64,000 nt of DNA from an uncultured Bacillales bacterium (lineage in GTDB: Bacteria > Bacillota > Bacilli > Bacillales > CAVSKA01), in assembly GCA_963728315.1 (NCBI GenBank), contig CAVSKA010000017.1, forward strand, positions 76,127-140,126. Reading direction: 5' to 3'. Of this stretch, positions 60,170 to 64,000 are shown piece by piece. Numbering within the stretch: position 1 is the first letter of the stretch; each line of letters opens with the position of its first letter. The translations under genes and the position numbers were made by a program. A model generated the notes under the pieces. It saw only the letters and a program-made list of their open reading frames with translations. It was not told the DNA's origin and ran no database searches.

Positions 60170-61155
60170 ATGAATGATAAAGAAAAGATTTATTTGGATA
60201 TTAAAAAAGAGTGTGAACATCTTTTTGATTTTAAAATTCATAAAGTTTTTCCGTTATCAAAAGGTTGGTTAAATTTAAAATGGCATGTTGAAACGACGAA
60301 AGGTTCCTATGTGGTAAAACAATTCAATCCACAGAGATATCCACATGACAAGTTAAAAAAAATTGAAAAGGCTCTTATTTATCAACAAATTATCCACAAT
60401 GAAGGATTTTCATGTCCGAAAGTTCTTTCTATCCACAATCAGGCTATCTTTCAAACTGAACTTGGGGATAGATTCATGTTAATGAAACATGAAAGTGGAG
60501 AAACGATTTCCCCGGGTGAAGCGAATAAGCAACAAATGTATGATGCCGGGAAGGTGTTGGGAGAACTTCATCGATTGCTAAATAGTAAAGTTCCTTCATG
60601 TGGAGAAAAAACCGCATTTGATATTCCGACTCGTGAGGTTCGAATAAAAGAATGGGAAGAAAGATTGGCTCAAGCCTTGCATACAGATGATAGAGAAAGT
60701 GAGTGCTGGATTCGTCAACAAATAAACGTGACAAATAGATATAGATCATTGCGGAATTTAATGATTGTAATACCGGGTGGTCTCATCGAGATTTTTGGGT
60801 AGACAATCTTTTATTTGAAGGAAATTGCTTATCAAGTGTTCTGGACTTTGATCGCTTGGACTTTGACTACCTTGAATTAGACATTGCTCGAGCACTTCTC
60901 TCACTCGGGTTAAAGCAAAATGTCCTTCTTCAATCACAGGTTTCTTCTTTTATCGAGGGATACCGTGAGGAAATGTCATTTGCAAAAGGTCATGTTGCAA
61001 CAGCTATTCGGCTGCTTTGGTATTTAGAAAGTCCTTGGTGGATTGATTTGAAAGCGAAGAGACAACAAAATTCGACAGCGATTCGTTTTATGGAGGAAAT
61101 GCTATGGGTGAGCATGAATGAGTCGTCATTGTCTAGATTATTAGGAAACATTTAA
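60170..61155 (+). pseudogene. aminoglycoside/choline-kinase-type phosphotransferase (APH family), one frameshift
   Basis: The N-lobe is in the first frame. The catalytic-loop region GWSHRDFWVDNLLF and ..VLDFD.. lies in the next frame, which is open from 60745. The junction is at about 60745-60760. Confidence 0.75.
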
Positions 61156-61174
61156 TAAGAGTGGAGGGATTTAA

Positions 61175-61611
61175 ATGGGATGTCTAGGATGTAGAATGGC
61201 GAATCAGCACGAACCTGTCCATATTGTATACGAAAATGAGTACGTTAGTTGTGTATTAGATATTGCTCCATTTAATGAAGGTCATACACTTGTTTTGCCA
61301 AAAAAACATGTAGAAGAGCTTGATGAACTTAGACTCTTGAAACAAGTATTGCTGTTCTAAATGCAGCCAAAAAAATCTCCAAACTATTAAAGAGATTATA
61401 CAAAGCAGATGGCGTAAGTATCTGCCAAAATGGTGGTGTATTTAACGATCTTGACCACTTTCATCTGCATGTCATTCCAAGATTCAAGGGAGATGGGTTC
61501 TCGTGGAGCGAGCCTTTAAATCCTTCTGACGCTGAAAATCGTTTGTATGAAACGAAAAAGAAGATAGTCGATCAGCTTATAGTAATGTTATCAAAGAAAG
61601 AGGGAGACTAA
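61175..61611 (+). pseudogene. HIT-family hydrolase, one frameshift near 61333-61340
   Basis: The N-terminus ..YVSCVLDIAPFNEGHTLVLPKKHV is in frame 1. The rest, including the histidine triad LDHFHLHVIPR, is in another frame ending at 61609-61611. Confidence 0.85.
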
Positions 61612-61613
61612 AA

Positions 61614-62093
61614 ATGAGTTTAGAACAAGCAGTTAATCTTAGAGATAATGGGCATTTAAAGGAATCGAAAGACTTGCTCTTGTCAATGTTAGAAAGCATT
61701 CCCAATGATCCCGTTGTCAATTATCACTGTGCTAGTGTTCATGACTCATTAGGTCTTGAAAAGGAAGCAGTAACTTACTACAAAATGGCTTTGAAAAAAG
61801 GACTAGATGGTCAAAATCGAAGGAATGCCTTGCTGGGACTTGGAAGTACATATCGAGCTCTTGGTCAATACCAGCTTTCAAAAGAAACGTTTGAAGAAGG
61901 GATGAAACATTATCCAGAAGCGAATGAATTTGCAATTTTTCAAGCAATGACTCTGTATAATTTAAAAGAGTATGAAAAATCAGTAGAAATGCTAATTAAT
62001 AAAATAATAGAAGTAACAGATGATCAAGGAATAAAGAAGTATAATCGAGCCCTAACATTTTATGCGAAACATTTAAATGAGATAGTGAAATGA
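61614..62093 (+). CDS. tetratricopeptide-repeat protein
   Basis: 159 aa with three to four TPR-like helical hairpins (..YYKMALKKGLDGQN.., ..GSTYRALGQYQLSKETFEEGMKHYP..). Confidence 0.7.
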   Translation: MSLEQAVNLRDNGHLKESKDLLLSMLESIPNDPVVNYHCASVHDSLGLEKEAVTYYKMALKKGLDGQNRRNALLGLGSTYRALGQYQLSKETFEEGMKHYPEANEFAIFQAMTLYNLKEYEKSVEMLINKIIEVTDDQGIKKYNRALTFYAKHLNEIVK

Positions 62094-62119
62094 TCGTATG
62101 ATCTTAGGGTTTTATTCTA

Positions 62120-62890
62120 TCATTGTATTATTTTTTGGTAAGACTCGATATTCGCTTTAAATGAACATTCATTATGAATAAAGACTTTCTGCATTTTTTT
62201 GTTATTCAAATGAGTACTTCCTATATAATAAGTTGCCCCCATCTTTTTTAAAATGTTTAAAGATTCCAAGTGAATTCTTTCGCTTTTTCCTTTTCCTCGT
62301 TCTTCTGGAACAAGTCCGAAGTAGAAAAGTCGACCTTCTTCTGTCGTCCCAGGTTCAATATGAGGGATAGAAATGGCCACGGGAATGGATCCTTCATAAA
62401 CAATATAACAAGACTTTTCCCATGTTTCTCCAAGCTCCGATTGAATCGAATGGAATAGTTGTTCGATCGTCAACGTTGTAGCAGCATTATCTGAACCTGA
62501 TTTACTCTGTTTCCAGATGTTCATAAACGTTTGATTAGAAAAAGCGCCGCTATCTAAAGATTTCCACGTGTACAGATTTTTCATTGAAGAAAGTTGGTCT
62601 ATTCTGCGAGTAAATTCTAATTTTGAAGCAAATAAGTGGAAACCTCTATTTTGAAGCCATTCAAAGCGAGTTAGGTAGTGGGGGGTATCCTTAATCAAAA
62701 CGATGCTGATTCTCTCAACGTTCCATTCTTTCGCTTTTTTCTCTAGCCAAATGAACTTAGAGCGAAAGGATTCCTCTTGTTCAGGTGTCACGACGGTCTG
62801 CTTTTCTTCAAGCGTAATGGCGTGTGGAAATCCATTTAATATGGTAAAGTCATTTCCAAAGGTGTTTTTGACTTGGTTAATGAGGTTCAT
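62120..62890 (-). CDS. two-domain GNAT-like protein
   Basis: The C-terminal half has LVPEERGKGKS (R-x-x-G-x-G). GGAG RBS before ATG 62890 (the track ORF extends to 62944). Confidence 0.6.
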   Translation of the reverse strand: MNLINQVKNTFGNDFTILNGFPHAITLEEKQTVVTPEQEESFRSKFIWLEKKAKEWNVERISIVLIKDTPHYLTRFEWLQNRGFHLFASKLEFTRRIDQLSSMKNLYTWKSLDSGAFSNQTFMNIWKQSKSGSDNAATTLTIEQLFHSIQSELGETWEKSCYIVYEGSIPVAISIPHIEPGTTEEGRLFYFGLVPEERGKGKSERIHLESLNILKKMGATYYIGSTHLNNKKMQKVFIHNECSFKANIESYQKIIQ

Positions 62891-62964
62891 ATTTATCACT
62901 CCTTCTTCTATTATCATAACGCAAAAAGCAAGTGGGGTTGACATAAAAATAAAGATGTTTTATT

Positions 62965-62980
62965 ATACCCTTATGGGTAT
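62965..62980. promoter_or_regulatory. CsoR/CstR-type operator 1
   Basis: ATACCC-TTAT-GGGTAT palindrome, 20 nt upstream of the repressor gene. Confidence 0.65.
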
Positions 62981-63000
62981 CTTGAATAGGAGGTGCAGCC

Positions 63001-63264
63001 ATGGAATATAATCAAGAAATGAAAAATCGATTGAAACGAATTGAAGGTCAGATCCGAGGGGTATTACGGATGCTTGAGGAAGAAAAAGACTGTAAAGACG
63101 TTATTACTCAACTAAGCGCCTCTAGAACAGCCATTGACCGCACGATGGGTCTAATTGTGGGTACAAATTTAGAGCAATGCCTACGTGAGCAAATGGCAAA
63201 GGGAGATCAAGGAAATCCGGATCTTGTTAAAGAAGCTGTTCAAATGTTAGTGAAAAGTCGATAA
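63001..63264 (+). CDS. CsoR-family repressor, CstR-like (Cys-x-Cys type, no His ligand)
   Basis: RLKRIEGQIRGVLRM..DCKDVITQLSA..GTNLEQC. The position of the Cu-ligand His is Asn, as in persulfide-sensing CstR-type members. Confidence 0.8.
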   Translation: MEYNQEMKNRLKRIEGQIRGVLRMLEEEKDCKDVITQLSASRTAIDRTMGLIVGTNLEQCLREQMAKGDQGNPDLVKEAVQMLVKSR

Positions 63265-63265
63265 T

Positions 63266-63299
63266 TCTGTCATCACTTGTGGTATGACAGATTTTTTTT
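63266..63299 (+). terminator. intrinsic terminator after the repressor gene
   Basis: TCTGTCAT..ATGACAGA followed by TTTTTTTT. Confidence 0.85.
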
Positions 63300-63309
63300 G
63301 CTAATACTA

Positions 63310-63325
63310 ATACCCTTGTGGGTAT
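63310..63325. promoter_or_regulatory. CsoR/CstR-type operator 2
   Basis: ATACCC-TTGT-GGGTAT upstream of the TusA-rhodanese gene. Confidence 0.65.
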
Positions 63326-63396
63326 ATGAATATAAATAATAATGTAGTTTTGAATTTTATCTGAGATGAACTGCATTCAATATAGGAGGAATTCAA

Positions 63397-63966
63397 TTGG
63401 AAATTAAAGTAGATCAAGTTTTAGACTGTAAAGGATTATCATGTCCAATGCCAATCGTTCGAACGAAGAAATTAATGGATAAATTAGAAGCGGGCAGAGT
63501 CGTTGAAGTATTAGCAACTGATAAAGGGTCAACGGCAGACATTCAAAGTTGGGCAAAGAGTACGGGTAATCAATATTTAGGAACGACCTCAGAGGAAGAG
63601 GTTTTAAAGCATTATCTTCGCAAAGCCAGTGATGAGGATGTGAAAGAAGAAACGTTCTTCCCGCACACAGTAACAAATGAAGAATTGGAAAGTAGACTAC
63701 AAGATGACAATATTCTTGTCATTGATGTTCGAGAGCCAGCGGAATATGCATTTAATAGAATACCAAACGCCGTTTCAATTCCATTAGGCGATATTGAAAA
63801 TCGATTATCCGATCTAGATGCAAGCAAAGAAATTTATGTGATCTGTCGTTCTGGAAGCAGAAGTGATCGAGCCGCTCAACTATTAGAAGAAAATAATTTT
63901 AATAAAGTGAAAAACGTTCTTCCTGGTATGTCTGAGTGGAACGGTCCGACTAAAGGAAAAGAATAA
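63397..63966 (+). CDS. TusA-like / rhodanese fusion sulfurtransferase
   Basis: N-terminal DCKGLSCPMPIV (CPxP TusA motif). C-terminal rhodanese with active-site loop CRSGSRS. Confidence 0.85.
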   Translation: MEIKVDQVLDCKGLSCPMPIVRTKKLMDKLEAGRVVEVLATDKGSTADIQSWAKSTGNQYLGTTSEEEVLKHYLRKASDEDVKEETFFPHTVTNEELESRLQDDNILVIDVREPAEYAFNRIPNAVSIPLGDIENRLSDLDASKEIYVICRSGSRSDRAAQLLEENNFNKVKNVLPGMSEWNGPTKGKE

Positions 63967-63985
63967 TATTTTTTTAAAAATTTAT

Positions 63986-64000
63986 ATACCCCTGGAGGTA
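63986..64000. promoter_or_regulatory. CsoR/CstR-type operator 3 (cut by the window end)
   Basis: ATACCC-CTGG-AGGTA.. Confidence 0.45.

Overview
Low-GC, Bacillus-like (Bacillaceae) chromosomal segment with about 60 protein-coding loci. I found no rRNA, tRNA, CRISPR array, transposase, integrase or phage genes. Recognisable blocks are: a glycogen operon glgB-glgC-glgD-glgA preceded by a GH15 gene; a kdp locus (c-di-AMP riboswitch, kdpF, decayed kdpA/B/C, a KdpD-like gene); an OmpR/histidine-kinase pair next to a secreted tandem-repeat protein; a heterodimeric ABC exporter; a CE4 deacetylase-DedA-GT28 glycosyltransferase operon; ohr; and a CstR-type repressor with a TusA-rhodanese gene at the 3' edge. 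The rest is mostly housekeeping or detoxification enzymes, including six GNAT genes. Two features stand out. (1) There is a dense population of GC-rich, modular, MITE-like intergenic repeats at 14 or more loci, in two main architectures that share internal modules. Three family-B copies carry 8-bp flanking direct repeats. (2) There is an unusually high load of inactivated genes (at least 12). The lesions include nonsense codons, a 5-bp tandem duplication and loss of the P-type ATPase phosphorylation motif, which argues for real decay rather than only assembly error. No classical defence system is visible. The most promising candidates for new biology are: the repeat superfamily; the intact riboswitch and duplicated KdpD-like sensor flanking a dead Kdp pump; the secreted helix-extended-helix-like repeat protein; and the deacetylase-DedA-glycosyltransferase operon, a possible amino-glycolipid pathway. 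All coordinates of non-ORF features are hand-counted and may be off by 1-3 nt.
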